Shown piece by piece: positions 1 through 9,668 of a stretch of 64,000 bases of DNA. Every line of letters starts with the position of its first letter. Within the stretch, counting starts at the first letter, position 1. Under the pieces are notes generated by a model. It saw only the letters and a program-made list of their open reading frames with translations. It made no database searches and was not told the origin of the DNA. A program made the position numbers and the translations under genes. Source of the DNA: Patescibacteria group bacterium. Its GTDB lineage: Bacteria; Patescibacteriota; Minisyncoccia; UBA6257; 2-01-FULL-56-20. The DNA is taken from the NCBI GenBank assembly GCA_024654525.1, contig JANLHI010000032.1, positions 128,172 through 192,171 on the forward strand, written 5' to 3'.

Positions 1-295
1 AGTACTCATAGATGCCGAGCTGGGTGAGGCGCTTCGGCGTAAGCCCTGTTTCCTGTTTCACTTTTCTCGCCGCGGCTTCGGCAAGGAGCTCATTTTTGAA
101 GATTCTTCCGCCGGGGAACCACCATGCGCCTTTTTCCGGTTCGTTCTTGCGCTTCACGAGGAGAAAATGTTTTTTCTTTGCGCCGCCGATCACCACCACG
201 TCCGTGCAAATCAAAGGGAGATAATGATGTATCTCTTTGTAGAGCGCCTCGGGGATTTTATCGGTGATAATTAAAAATCTTTTCTTATTGGTCAT
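1..295 (-). CDS. NUDIX hydrolase, partial (N-terminal part; C-terminus beyond window start)
   Basis: Reverse-strand translation from ATG at 295..293 gives MTNKKRFLIITDKIPEALYKEIHHYLPLICTDVVVIGG...GGRIFKNELLAEAAARKVKQETGL. This contains the Nudix box G-x5-E-x7-REUxEExGU. The ORF runs off the window edge, so it is absent from the ORF track. The plus-strand 12..224 ORF is antisense to it. Confidence 0.5.
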   Translation of the reverse strand, partial: MTNKKRFLIITDKIPEALYKEIHHYLPLICTDVVVIGGAKKKHFLLVKRKNEPEKGAWWFPGGRIFKNELLAEAAARKVKQETGLTPKRLTQLGIYEY

Positions 296-352
296 AGGCG
301 TAATGCTAATCTACTAATTCGTGCGAATGAAGCTAATAATGCTAATGAGAAT

Positions 353-763
353 TTATGAAAGTTTGGTTGTTGGTGTTTTATCAACACGGAGAACGCGAAG
401 CGGTTTTAGGTACTCACTTCTGAAATTTACCAATAAACCGAGCTTCACCTGTGTAACTTGGAGATATCTTTGTACTTGAAAATAATCTTCTTTGGTAACG
501 ATGCGCTTCGCCTTCGCTTCTAAGACTACTTTATCATCAATGAGAAAATCAACAAAATTCCCCGTATCGCCTATTGGAAACTCGCGGCGGTAGGGAATCC
601 CAGTCTCTTTAAGCTTTTCTTCGATTGCGTCGCAATACTGCTTTTCTCTTGCATAACGACCGTGCGTGTTGTGCACGTTAAAACAGATGCCAGTAATGGT
701 GTATGAGAGTTCCGGATGCACTAACCCATTCGCACTATTCGTAGCATTCGAATGAGTTTGCAT
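353..763 (-). CDS. GxxExxY family protein (PD-(D/E)xK-like, TIGR04256-type)
   Basis: 136 aa. The core ...HGRYAREKQYCDAIEEKLKETGIPYRREFPI...DFLIDDKVVLEAKAKRIV...LGLLVNF matches the GxxExxY family pattern (G..E..Y, GIP-F-RE, adL..d.vivElKa, GLLiNF). Confidence 0.6.
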   Translation of the reverse strand: MQTHSNATNSANGLVHPELSYTITGICFNVHNTHGRYAREKQYCDAIEEKLKETGIPYRREFPIGDTGNFVDFLIDDKVVLEAKAKRIVTKEDYFQVQRYLQVTQVKLGLLVNFRSEYLKPLRVLRVDKTPTTKLS

Positions 764-768
764 TAGTA

Positions 769-1965
769 TTACATTTCTATAACTCTAAACTTTGGAATGG
801 AAACGATAAACTTTCCGCCGCCCTTGAGCCACTCCTTCTCACGGGCGACAAAGGTATCCACAAACGCCCATGGGAAAATAAAGAAGTAGTCGGGTTTGGC
901 ATTGCGGGCTTCCGATTCATTTACAATAGGAATCATTGTCCCTACGGTATACTTTCCCCATTTCTCTTCACTCTTGTCTGCGATTGCTGTGACGAGTTTT
1001 GAGGTGAGTCCGTAATACTGAAGGATGGTGTTCCCCTTTGTGGATGCGCCGTAGCCGTATATCTTCTTCCCCTTCGCCACCTCTTTTCTTATAAATGCCA
1101 CTGTTTTATTTTTGTTTGCTTCAAGATCTTTTGCGAATTTTAAGTAGTTAAACTTCGGCTCCGGATAACGAATGCTTCCTTTATTCAATTTCCGCGCGTA
1201 GAGGCGATAGCTTCCGCCATTGATGGAATTTTCTTCCACTTTGAATATCTCAAGTCCATTTCTTTCGAAGAGGTACACGAGTGAAGGATAGGAATAATAT
1301 TCGAGGTGTTCGTGGCAGATGTTTCCAAGGTCGTTTTTTTCTATCATGGGTTTTAACGTCATAAGTTGCGCGATGAAGAGTCCATCGTCCGTCATTACGC
1401 GTGCGGCATCACGAACGAATTGATTCGGGTCTTCCATGTCGTAGAACATCCCGATTGCGGTCACAATTTTCGCTTTTGGTACGCCAAGCTTGTGGTACTC
1501 TTCTTCGCTCCAAAATTCATGAATTCTATGTGTTGCGGTTTTTTTAAGTTTTTCCTGCAGATTGTCCGCAGGTTCACAACCCACTCGCACGAGTTGTTTC
1601 GGATAGAAGCCGAGGAGCGTCCCGTCGTTCGCGCCGATGTCGAGAATCACATCTCCTTTCTTCGGTTTTGCTATTTTCATCGAAGTTTTCGCAATTTCCT
1701 TGAGGTCGGCAATGATGACGGGGGAGAGCCCGGATTGATACCAATAATGTCGCGCATACATAATTTCTTGTGGCGCGGTGTGTTTTAGTTGAAGCAGTTC
1801 GCACTTTTTATTTGCGCACAGCACAAGTTCAAGCGGGGCTTTGACACCCTTCTTGTGATTCTTTGGGACGAAGTCAGACACATAATGGTTACCGAGAGAA
1901 AGAATTTTCTTGAGTTTCTTTCCTCCGCAGAGTCTGCATGATTTTCTTGTGATTATTTTTTGCAT
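769..1965 (-). CDS. sugar C-methyltransferase (TylC3/NovU-like; zinc-ribbon + SAM MTase + C-methyltransferase C-terminal domain)
   Basis: N-terminal CxxC zinc-binding domain (MQKIITRKSCRLCGGKKL) and a SAM-binding GxGxG-like motif (VILDIGANDGTLL). The long C-terminal domain is typical of NDP-hexose C-methyltransferases. Start moved to the internal ATG at 1965 (M23 of the track ORF), which begins the zinc-ribbon. Confidence 0.6.
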   Translation of the reverse strand: MQKIITRKSCRLCGGKKLKKILSLGNHYVSDFVPKNHKKGVKAPLELVLCANKKCELLQLKHTAPQEIMYARHYWYQSGLSPVIIADLKEIAKTSMKIAKPKKGDVILDIGANDGTLLGFYPKQLVRVGCEPADNLQEKLKKTATHRIHEFWSEEEYHKLGVPKAKIVTAIGMFYDMEDPNQFVRDAARVMTDDGLFIAQLMTLKPMIEKNDLGNICHEHLEYYSYPSLVYLFERNGLEIFKVEENSINGGSYRLYARKLNKGSIRYPEPKFNYLKFAKDLEANKNKTVAFIRKEVAKGKKIYGYGASTKGNTILQYYGLTSKLVTAIADKSEEKWGKYTVGTMIPIVNESEARNAKPDYFFIFPWAFVDTFVAREKEWLKGGGKFIVSIPKFRVIEM

Positions 1966-2106
1966 ATTAAAGCTATAGTAAGACGGATTGATTTTTGGAG
2001 CAAGTAAGATATGATAAAAATCACAATGCAATTAATAAAAAACCTTTTCGTTTTTATAAATAAAAAATCAAGAATATTAGGCGGGTGGGGTCTGCGAAGG
2101 TTTAGA

Positions 2107-2883
2107 ATGGTGAACGCAATACACAATTACGTTGCGCGAAAAGCTTTCGGAGACAAGGCGGAGGTGAATGGATATTCTCTTTTTATTGACCCCGCCGAAG
2201 GGTTTGCGGTGTCGTCTGTGTGGGAAAAAGATACGACGGATGTTATAAAGAGCAAATTCCATCGGGGGGGGGTCTTCGTAGATGTTGGATCCGACATTGG
2301 TTATTACACGTGTCTGGCGGCGCAACTGGGTGCCGGACATATATATGCCATTGAGCCGAATCCTCACACTAGAATGTTGTTGGAAAAGAACATTGCGGTA
2401 AATGGTTTCAAAAATATTACTATAGTTGGCAAGGCGGCAAGCGACAAGTCGGGAGAAGAAAAGTTTTATACGCATGGGGCTCATAGTACGCTTGGCTACA
2501 ATTACAATAAAAACACATCAGAGCGGACAACGATAACTGTTGAAACGATGCCGTTGGATGTGGTCGTCGGTGATGGCACGGTGAATTTTATAAAGATGGA
2601 TATTGAGGGGTCGGAGCCAAAAGCACTTCGCGGCATGCGGAAATTGCTTGAAAGAAACAAACAGGTGCAGATTATCACCGAGTTTGCCCCGCAATTGATG
2701 GCATTGGCAGGAGAAGACCCTTTTGTATTTCTCAAGAGTTTACATAATCTCGGGTTTATCATTTACGATGTGGATAATATTAATAATCCTATGAGCCCGG
2801 AAGAACTAATGGCCGCATATCGGGAAAAATATAAAAAACTCGGAGATGCTCGTGCGATAACTAATCTGTATTGTGCGAGATGA
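2107..2883 (+). CDS. FkbM family methyltransferase
   Basis: VFVDVGSDIGYYTCLAA...YAIEPNP...NFIKMDIEGSEPKAL is the FkbM/Methyltransf_21 signature. Start chosen at ATG 2107 (MVNAIH), which has an AAGG Shine-Dalgarno 7 nt upstream and leaves an AT-rich divergent promoter region. The track ORF starts further upstream at 2011. Confidence 0.6.
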   Translation: MVNAIHNYVARKAFGDKAEVNGYSLFIDPAEGFAVSSVWEKDTTDVIKSKFHRGGVFVDVGSDIGYYTCLAAQLGAGHIYAIEPNPHTRMLLEKNIAVNGFKNITIVGKAASDKSGEEKFYTHGAHSTLGYNYNKNTSERTTITVETMPLDVVVGDGTVNFIKMDIEGSEPKALRGMRKLLERNKQVQIITEFAPQLMALAGEDPFVFLKSLHNLGFIIYDVDNINNPMSPEELMAAYREKYKKLGDARAITNLYCAR

Positions 2884-2973
2884 GTTTTTGCGCACGGGAT
2901 TTTATTGTATAGTTCAAACTAACATAGAATTGCCAATTGATTTCTGGAGCAAATAAAGGGTATTATATTCTGT

Positions 2974-4224
2974 ATGCGTATTGCAATTGTTACTTACAAC
3001 TTGAAGTGGGTGGGAGGGGGTCAGCGACTTACTTATGAATTGGCGCAGGAAATAGTAAAGCGCGGGCACTCGCTCGTGATTTATGTTCCCGATGCCGAAT
3101 ACAGCGAGATTGCATATCCGGATTTACAAAAGGGACTTTCTATTCGAACAGTTCCCGTTCCGAAGGGATATCTGTGGTCGCCGCAGAGCAAGTTGCTGGC
3201 GATGCGCCTTGTGTATAAAGTCATTAAAGAGCGATGGTTGAATTCTACCGGAAAACGAATGGCACAAGCACTGCTCGCGGATGGCGATAATTTTGATATT
3301 ATAAATGTCCATGATTTTGCGTATAAAGTTGCCTATTACTACAAGAAGCGGGGAGGAAAGGCAAAAGTGGTGGGGCAGGGAAATGACCCGGCATATCATT
3401 ATCTTCCGCATCCCGAGAGTTATATCTATGACCGCTTGAGCTATTACTTTAATAAATTGAAGGATTATCCTGAACGGAAATTTTTTAGGGCGCTTGATGC
3501 GACGGCGGTGCTCGATGTGTATGGGAAAGAGTGGTACGAGACGCGCGGCGTGCCGCGCGCCGAGGTGGTGCATCACGGCACGGATTTCAACGCGTTCTAT
3601 GCGCCGGTAAAAGACGTCTCGGAGAAATTCAAACAGAAGAAGGTACAGCTTATGGGATTGGGAATCCTCAATCCTTATCGTGGATATGCCTCGCTTATCG
3701 AAACCGTGCGTATATTGCGCGAGTGGGGATACGATGCAACTGCAAAAATCGTCTGTCGCGATTATTGGAAGCGTCCGCTGTGGCGGGAGAATTTGCTTTC
3801 GAGAATACGGGAAGGGCATCTTGAACAATATGTAAGCATTAATTTTGATGGGGTTTCTGACGCGGAATTAAAGAAGTTGTACGCGGAAAGTGATATTTTT
3901 TCATACCTCCTCTACCTTCCCGCACCGCGGAATGGATTCGGATTCTCTTCAAGTATTCCGGAAGCAGCCGCTTCGGGTATTCCCGCGATGACGTGGACTA
4001 CGACGACTTCACTTGAAGCGTTCAAGGACGGGGAAAGTATTATCGCCGCCGAACCGCTTCATGCTGAACAGCTTGCCGCAAAAGTAAAAGAGTTAGTGGA
4101 TAATCCAGAAAAGTATCGCGCGATGGCGTTTGCCGCGCAAAAACTGGTGCAAGAGGAGTTAAACTGGCAGAAATTTACGGAAGGCATTGTGCGTTTGTTT
4201 TCGGAAACGCAAAACACGCGGTGA
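2974..4224 (+). CDS. glycosyltransferase family 4 (GT-B fold, group 1)
   Basis: 416 aa. N-terminal MRIAIVTYNLKWVGGGQRL and a C-terminal E-x7-E-like region (SSSIPEAAASGIPAM) are typical of GT4 retaining transferases. Confidence 0.65.
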   Translation: MRIAIVTYNLKWVGGGQRLTYELAQEIVKRGHSLVIYVPDAEYSEIAYPDLQKGLSIRTVPVPKGYLWSPQSKLLAMRLVYKVIKERWLNSTGKRMAQALLADGDNFDIINVHDFAYKVAYYYKKRGGKAKVVGQGNDPAYHYLPHPESYIYDRLSYYFNKLKDYPERKFFRALDATAVLDVYGKEWYETRGVPRAEVVHHGTDFNAFYAPVKDVSEKFKQKKVQLMGLGILNPYRGYASLIETVRILREWGYDATAKIVCRDYWKRPLWRENLLSRIREGHLEQYVSINFDGVSDAELKKLYAESDIFSYLLYLPAPRNGFGFSSSIPEAAASGIPAMTWTTTTSLEAFKDGESIIAAEPLHAEQLAAKVKELVDNPEKYRAMAFAAQKLVQEELNWQKFTEGIVRLFSETQNTR

Positions 4225-4232
4225 GTTTTTCC

Positions 4233-5219
4233 ATGAAAAAAACGTTGGCGAATGTCTATATCTACTGCATCGCGCGGCTTTTTAAATGGGGGACGAGAAT
4301 TTTCGGGAGGAGGGGATTATACAAGGTGTGGCCTTTCGGAATGGTCTATGATTTGCTCTCCGGTGCTCTCCATGCGCATAAATGGCCCGAGGTTATTGAT
4401 GTTGATGGCCATGCTATATATGCACCCGAGGCGGAACGGTCTGTGGTGGCGATGTGGAAGGGAAGGGCGGACGAACTTGAATTCCGTTTGCTGGAACGGG
4501 AAATCCCGAAGGGAGGGACGGTAATCGATGTGGGGGCGAATATCGGGTATTACGCACTCATTCTTGCTCGCGCAGTGGGAAGTGAGGGGCGCGTGTTCGC
4601 ATTTGAGCCGGAAAAAGAGAATATTCGATTTTTAAAAAAAAATATTGAGGAAAATCATTATGGGAATGTGGAAATCGTTTCCGCTGCGGTGGGGGAGAAA
4701 AAAAGTTCCGTAATGTTATTTACATCAAATAGTAATCCTGGCGGGCATCAGATTTATGATTTTGCCGGACGTCTTAAAGAAAAAATAGCTCAAGGGAAGA
4801 ATCTTAATGAATCGGAAATACAAGCGTTGCATGAGCATGAAATGGAAATGCAACGCGGTTATGATGTGGACGTAGTGTCTCTTGATGAATATTTTAAAAA
4901 TTATACTCGCCCCATACATCTTATAAAGATTGATGTGGAAGGCGCCGAGGGGGGTGTGCTTGCGGGTATGCGGCACACCCTTCGGAAAAATCCGAATATC
5001 AAACTGTTTTTTGAATTTTGGCCGGTGGGTATGCGTACTTTCGGCAGTGATCCCCGTGCATTTCTCAATATTCTTGAAAATGAGGGATTTGATTTTTATG
5101 ATCTCAATAATTTCAAGCGATATAAGAACGAATCTGAAAAGATGGATGCTGCGGAACTTTTTAGTCGATACGAAAATTCGCAATCAACAAATGTGTTTGC
5201 GATAAAACACGAGCGTTAG
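4233..5219 (+). CDS. FkbM family methyltransferase (second copy)
   Basis: VIDVGANIGYYALILA...FAFEP...IHLIKIDVEGAEGGVLAGM is the FkbM signature. ATG at 4233; the track ORF begins at GTG 4221, which overlaps the GT4 stop. Confidence 0.6.
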   Translation: MKKTLANVYIYCIARLFKWGTRIFGRRGLYKVWPFGMVYDLLSGALHAHKWPEVIDVDGHAIYAPEAERSVVAMWKGRADELEFRLLEREIPKGGTVIDVGANIGYYALILARAVGSEGRVFAFEPEKENIRFLKKNIEENHYGNVEIVSAAVGEKKSSVMLFTSNSNPGGHQIYDFAGRLKEKIAQGKNLNESEIQALHEHEMEMQRGYDVDVVSLDEYFKNYTRPIHLIKIDVEGAEGGVLAGMRHTLRKNPNIKLFFEFWPVGMRTFGSDPRAFLNILENEGFDFYDLNNFKRYKNESEKMDAAELFSRYENSQSTNVFAIKHER

Positions 5220-5746
5220 ATGTAGCACCTTTTTTTCAGTATTTCCTTTATTTTTTTGAGGGATTGCATGGGGTTTTCGCGGTTGGTATGAAGTATGAGC
5301 TCGGGATTTTTCGGTTTCTCGTATATTGAGTGAATGCCGATGAAGTTTTTCATGGTGCCATTTTTCACGTTCCGGTAATGCCCTTTGGGGTCACGCCGCA
5401 TGCAGACCGAAACGGGACAGTCGCAAAAAATTTCTACAAAACGCGGAAATTTTTTTCTTGCCGTGGCGCGGACGCGTGCACTGGGGGATATGATGGAAAC
5501 GATAACGTTTTTGCCTTTTGTAAGATGAGATGTTACGAGCGAGCGTACCCTCCGATGATTTTTTCCAATGTCTCTTTTGCTAAAACCTAAATCTTGCGAA
5601 ATGGTTTTGCGTACTTCATCTCCGTCAACTATTACCGAAGGGATTCTTTTGCGCTGAAGAAAAGTATAGAGCTTTTTTGCAAGCGTGGTTTTTCCCGAGC
5701 CGGAAAGTCCAGTTAGCCACACCACAAAAGGAGGATCTTTCTGCAT
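5216..5746 (-). CDS. cysC: adenylylsulfate (APS) kinase
   Basis: VVWLTGLSGSGKTTLA P-loop with the APS-kinase-specific context. 176 aa, typical length. 4-nt overlap with the upstream gene in the operon. Confidence 0.85.
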   Translation of the reverse strand: MQKDPPFVVWLTGLSGSGKTTLAKKLYTFLQRKRIPSVIVDGDEVRKTISQDLGFSKRDIGKNHRRVRSLVTSHLTKGKNVIVSIISPSARVRATARKKFPRFVEIFCDCPVSVCMRRDPKGHYRNVKNGTMKNFIGIHSIYEKPKNPELILHTNRENPMQSLKKIKEILKKRCYI

Positions 5747-6829
5747 TTACAGATAGTTCAAATCTTGAAGGCGACCGATAACATCCGCAAGCGGAGCTTT
5801 TTCTTTATGATGTAGTATAAATTCTCCTTGCTGAATAAGTTTTTTGAGCGTCTTTACGATGAGCACCGGATTTTCCCCTATCGCGGTTTCCGATGAAAGT
5901 ACGAGTCCGTCCACGCCATCAAGCACCAAGTTGATAATATCGTTTGCTTCGCCGCGTGTCGGTTTATTCTTTTTAATCATAGATTCGAGAATGTGGGTTG
6001 CTACAAAGATTTCCATTCCGGCGCTTGCACATCGTTGCGTGATGAACTTTTGAATAAGAGGTATTTTTTCATAGCCTATTTCCGTTCCGAGGTCATTTCT
6101 GTCGATAAAGATTGCGTCGCTTGCTTTAATAAGCTCCTCAAGATTGCGCAATGCTTTTTCTGTTTCTATTTTAGAGGTTACGCGGATTTTTTTCTTTCCT
6201 ATAAATGTGCGTGCTTCTTGCACATCTTGTGCGTCATTTACGTACGACAACGAAACTTCCGAGATGCCGTAAGAAAGAGATTTTTTAATTGTTGCGCGAT
6301 CCATGTCTGTAAGCATTGATTTTGGCTCCATCTTTTTTTCGAGGCGTATGTTTTTAGGAACGCTTATTGTTCCGCCGGTTGTTACGATGTACGAGCGGAT
6401 TCCCTTACGAGTGTCGCGTTTTGTGTCGGGGGAGAGGACTATTTGATTGTCGTCCAAGAATATTTTTGATTTTTTAGGAATAAGCTCAAGAATCTCCAAG
6501 CGAGTGATCCAGAGAGATTTTTCTTTTACACGAATTCCGAATGGAACGATCGAAATACGCTCATTTTTTTTGAGTATAAGAGGCTTGCCGTCCGGAGCCA
6601 TAATCCTTGTTTCTTTTCCTTGAGTATCGATGATGATTGGAATCTTTTTCGAAATTGCGCGCATGCGTGCAAGGAGCTGTATCGCAAGAGGGAATGGGGT
6701 ATGGCTCAAATTGATACGCAAGGCATCCGCACCTGCGCGGATAAGCCCCCGCATTATTTTTTCAGATTGAGATGTGGGGCCAATAGTGCAAATGATTTGT
6801 ATGTGCGGTTTCTTTTTATATAGTTGCAT
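5747..6829 (-). CDS. pyruvate kinase family protein, A/B barrel domains only (no C-terminal domain)
   Basis: ICTIGPTS...LIRAGADALRINLSH, SKIETEKAL, FIDRNDLGTEIGYEKIP, ATHILESM, PTRGEANDIINLVLDGVDGLVLSSETAIG all match conserved pyruvate kinase motifs. At 360 aa it is too short to include the ~120-aa C-terminal allosteric domain. Confidence 0.6.
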   Translation of the reverse strand: MQLYKKKPHIQIICTIGPTSQSEKIMRGLIRAGADALRINLSHTPFPLAIQLLARMRAISKKIPIIIDTQGKETRIMAPDGKPLILKKNERISIVPFGIRVKEKSLWITRLEILELIPKKSKIFLDDNQIVLSPDTKRDTRKGIRSYIVTTGGTISVPKNIRLEKKMEPKSMLTDMDRATIKKSLSYGISEVSLSYVNDAQDVQEARTFIGKKKIRVTSKIETEKALRNLEELIKASDAIFIDRNDLGTEIGYEKIPLIQKFITQRCASAGMEIFVATHILESMIKKNKPTRGEANDIINLVLDGVDGLVLSSETAIGENPVLIVKTLKKLIQQGEFILHHKEKAPLADVIGRLQDLNYL

Positions 6830-6834
6830 TGATT

Positions 6835-8214
6835 TTATAATAAGGGTTTTCCGGGAAGATTTTTATGTTGCATTCCCAACGCTTTTAAAATGGTTGGTGC
6901 GATACGGAGTGCATCGACTGTTTCGATTTTTCCTTTTTCCTGCAGTAACGGCGATTTCATCACAAATACTCCTTCGGGAGAGTGTCCCGCATCATCAATA
7001 CCCACTGTGGTTTCTTGTGAATAAAGGCCGAAGTTTCCGATGTCGTTATTTACTCCATATCGCAAATTGTCGAAATATACAATAATGTCGGGAGCTTTCC
7101 CGTCTTTTTTCCGATATATGGTTTTGGTATCAAACACGCGGTTTTGAAGTTTTTCTCCACGTTCTCCCTTGATCGCGTTAAGCTTTTTTATAAGATATGA
7201 CTTCAATTTTACCTTTTCTTTTCCGAAGAGATATATTCTTCCCTGATATCCACCCGATGCAATTGCGCAAGTTTTTTTCCAATCAATTTCTTCGTGGCGG
7301 AGGCGTCGGGGAATTTCAAGCGGTGGGGATGTATTTTTTAAAATAAGAAGTTTTTCGCGACGGAGCCAATCATTTAAATTGATACGACATTCCATTCTAT
7401 CCATACCATGATCAGAAACAACGATGATGGTGGTGTGCTTGTCTATTTTTGATGAGGCGAGAAGCTTCCCTAATTCGCGATCTGTGTATTGATAATAATC
7501 ACGAATAACGTTTTTATATGGAGAGTTTTTCAGGTGGCGAGGATGATGTGGATCCATGTGGCGCCAGAACATATGATGAAGGCGATCGGTGCCAATGATA
7601 ACCATATTGAAGAGGTCCCAATCATAGTGTTTCATGCAGTATTGCGCAACGCGGAAATGTTGTGCGGACATGGTGTATGTTTTCTTGATGAGCATATCAA
7701 GGTCGAGTTTCTTATAGCCGGTGAATCCCGCAACGTCAAAAAGATATTCTTTTCCGCGCAGTAGTTTTGTGATTTTTGATTTCAGCGTGCGTGGATGAAC
7801 GCTGTGTTCGTCGAATGATGGAGTGAGAAAATCGGAAATCATGGCGCCATGAATAGGGCGCACGGGATAGGTGAGGGGAATATTAAGTGCAACCACAGTT
7901 TTCTTTTTTTTGTCGAGCATGTCCCAGAGCATGGGTACGCGGATGTTCTCCGAGGTGATAAGCGTATTCATTGATGCGGGACCGGGCGCCTCGGTGTAAC
8001 TATGCACGCCGGTTTCACTCGGGTCGCGTCCGGAATTGATGCTCGTCCACGCGACGATGGAAGTTGGAGGAATGGTGGTGCGCATGCGCGCATACATTCC
8101 CTCTTGCATGAGTCGGGCGATATTCGGTACATCTTTCTTATAGCGTCCGAAGACGAGCTCCGGCACCATGCCGTCCACGCCAAAAACGAACACTTTTTGC
8201 TTTGGTTTTTTCAT
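6835..8214 (-). CDS. alkaline phosphatase superfamily protein (nucleotide pyrophosphatase/phosphodiesterase-like)
   Basis: KVFVFGVDGMVPEL near the N-terminus (metal-ligand Asp, nucleophile-region pattern of NPP/type I phosphodiesterase family) and VVSDHGM (the conserved DHG metal-binding motif). Start moved to ATG 8214 (MKKPKQ), which leaves a 10-bp gap to the sat stop. Confidence 0.5.
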   Translation of the reverse strand: MKKPKQKVFVFGVDGMVPELVFGRYKKDVPNIARLMQEGMYARMRTTIPPTSIVAWTSINSGRDPSETGVHSYTEAPGPASMNTLITSENIRVPMLWDMLDKKKKTVVALNIPLTYPVRPIHGAMISDFLTPSFDEHSVHPRTLKSKITKLLRGKEYLFDVAGFTGYKKLDLDMLIKKTYTMSAQHFRVAQYCMKHYDWDLFNMVIIGTDRLHHMFWRHMDPHHPRHLKNSPYKNVIRDYYQYTDRELGKLLASSKIDKHTTIIVVSDHGMDRMECRINLNDWLRREKLLILKNTSPPLEIPRRLRHEEIDWKKTCAIASGGYQGRIYLFGKEKVKLKSYLIKKLNAIKGERGEKLQNRVFDTKTIYRKKDGKAPDIIVYFDNLRYGVNNDIGNFGLYSQETTVGIDDAGHSPEGVFVMKSPLLQEKGKIETVDALRIAPTILKALGMQHKNLPGKPLL

Positions 8215-8224
8215 AGGGTGGCGA

Positions 8225-9367
8225 CTACACAAATAAACTTTTTTCGCGAAGGAGAAGATTTACAATCTCCGGTCGCATCATTTCCTCCGGTGGATGACGT
8301 TTTGCAATAAGCGCTGCGCGCACTTTGGTGCCGCTTGGGCGTACGCGCTGATTCTCTCCGTGTAGGCATAAGTTTTCAAGTGTCATACCTTTGCAGTCAT
8401 GACAAAATAGCGCTTCTTTGAAGTGAAGAATAATAATGCCCATTTTTGCATTATATTTTGCAAGCGCTTTTTCATAGTCGCGTGGCGCGTAGTAATTTCC
8501 CACGCCAGTGTGATCGCGTCCGATAATAAAATGAGTGCAACCAAAGTTTTTCCGTAGCATTGCAGTGAGAAGCGCTTCGCGCGGTCCTGCATAGTAAGGA
8601 TTATGCTCTAATATACCGAGGAGTGATTTGCCACGAGGAAGAATGTGGCGAGAGAGATATGTATATGCTTTAAGCACCACTTCATTCCGGAAATCTCCGG
8701 ATTTTTTATATCCCACAAGAGGATTTACAAACACACCATCGGTAACTTTAAGCCCTTCACGTTGTACATGTTCGTGTCCGCGATGAGGTACATTTCGCGT
8801 GTGGAACCCCACAATTTTCTTCCAATTTTTTTTCACAAAAATCTCCCGTACTTTTTTTGGAGAGAGATTATAATGTGCAAATTCTCCGCGATCGTCGTGG
8901 AGAAGTATGATATTTCCCGCGATAAGATATTCCTTGCGCGAGAATATTTTTTTTACACCGGGATGTTTCATGTCTGTCGTTTTAAAAATTTGCTTACAGA
9001 AGGAGGTTTTCTTGAAAAGATAAATCTCTTTAACATCCATTACTGCGATTTTTTTTCCGTTTCCCGCGACGAGGAAAACACGCCGCGCATCTTTGATTTT
9101 TTTCCTTTCGGCAAAAGAAATATCCAGGATTATTGGGATAGGCCAGAATATTCCGTTTGTAAGATGCCACGAACTAAGAATGGAATTTACCTCTTTCTTA
9201 CCGAGAAATCCCGTGAGGGGGCTGTATACGCCGTGTGCGATATTGCGCACCTCGATAAAACGTTCTTCCGAGATGTGAAGTTCGGGGAGAGCGAGCTTAA
9301 GAAGGCACGCTCGTTGTCGCGGTGTCGCTATGCGATTAATAAGTTTTCCGCCAAGAGGGTTATTCAT
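8225..9367 (-). CDS. sat: sulfate adenylyltransferase (ATP sulfurylase)
   Basis: GFHTRNVPHRGHEHVQ (the QTRN/HxxH motif) and HFIIGRDHTGVGNYY (GRDHAG motif). 380 aa is typical for the bacterial/archaeal homo-oligomeric form. Confidence 0.8.
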   Translation of the reverse strand: MNNPLGGKLINRIATPRQRACLLKLALPELHISEERFIEVRNIAHGVYSPLTGFLGKKEVNSILSSWHLTNGIFWPIPIILDISFAERKKIKDARRVFLVAGNGKKIAVMDVKEIYLFKKTSFCKQIFKTTDMKHPGVKKIFSRKEYLIAGNIILLHDDRGEFAHYNLSPKKVREIFVKKNWKKIVGFHTRNVPHRGHEHVQREGLKVTDGVFVNPLVGYKKSGDFRNEVVLKAYTYLSRHILPRGKSLLGILEHNPYYAGPREALLTAMLRKNFGCTHFIIGRDHTGVGNYYAPRDYEKALAKYNAKMGIIILHFKEALFCHDCKGMTLENLCLHGENQRVRPSGTKVRAALIAKRHPPEEMMRPEIVNLLLREKSLFV

Positions 9368-9659
9368 TGTTAAGTGGGATGACCTCTTTTGTTTTACTCT
9401 CTGTGCGCCAGATTTTTACATAGACAACCATGGTCGCGGTAAGAAAAATAAGCGCAAGACCGTACTTTATCTGAAGAGGATTTTGATGAATTAAGAGTGC
9501 ATATATAAGTGCAACAATGTTTGCAATGAGAGATATGAAAAGGAGGAGGAAACTCAATCCCTCAACAGTTTTTGTTTGATGCGTTTTTATCATCTGCGGG
9601 ATATAGCAGATACTGAAAAGCACAGTGGCAGTCCATCCGAAAATAGCCGAAAGTTCCAT
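9360..9659 (-). CDS. PQ-loop repeat membrane protein (SemiSWEET-like, 3 TM)
   Basis: 99 aa with three hydrophobic segments. The first contains the PQ motif (ICYIPQMIKTHQTKTVEGLS). The stop overlaps the sat start by 8 nt. Confidence 0.45.
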   Translation of the reverse strand: MELSAIFGWTATVLFSICYIPQMIKTHQTKTVEGLSFLLLFISLIANIVALIYALLIHQNPLQIKYGLALIFLTATMVVYVKIWRTESKTKEVIPLNNE

Positions 9660-9668
9660 GACGATGGT

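Noticed and set aside
12-224. 70-aa plus-strand ORF at the window start
   Set aside because: It lies antisense to a reverse-strand NUDIX hydrolase N-terminus that has a clear Nudix box. No motifs, and the composition is typical of antisense ORFs.
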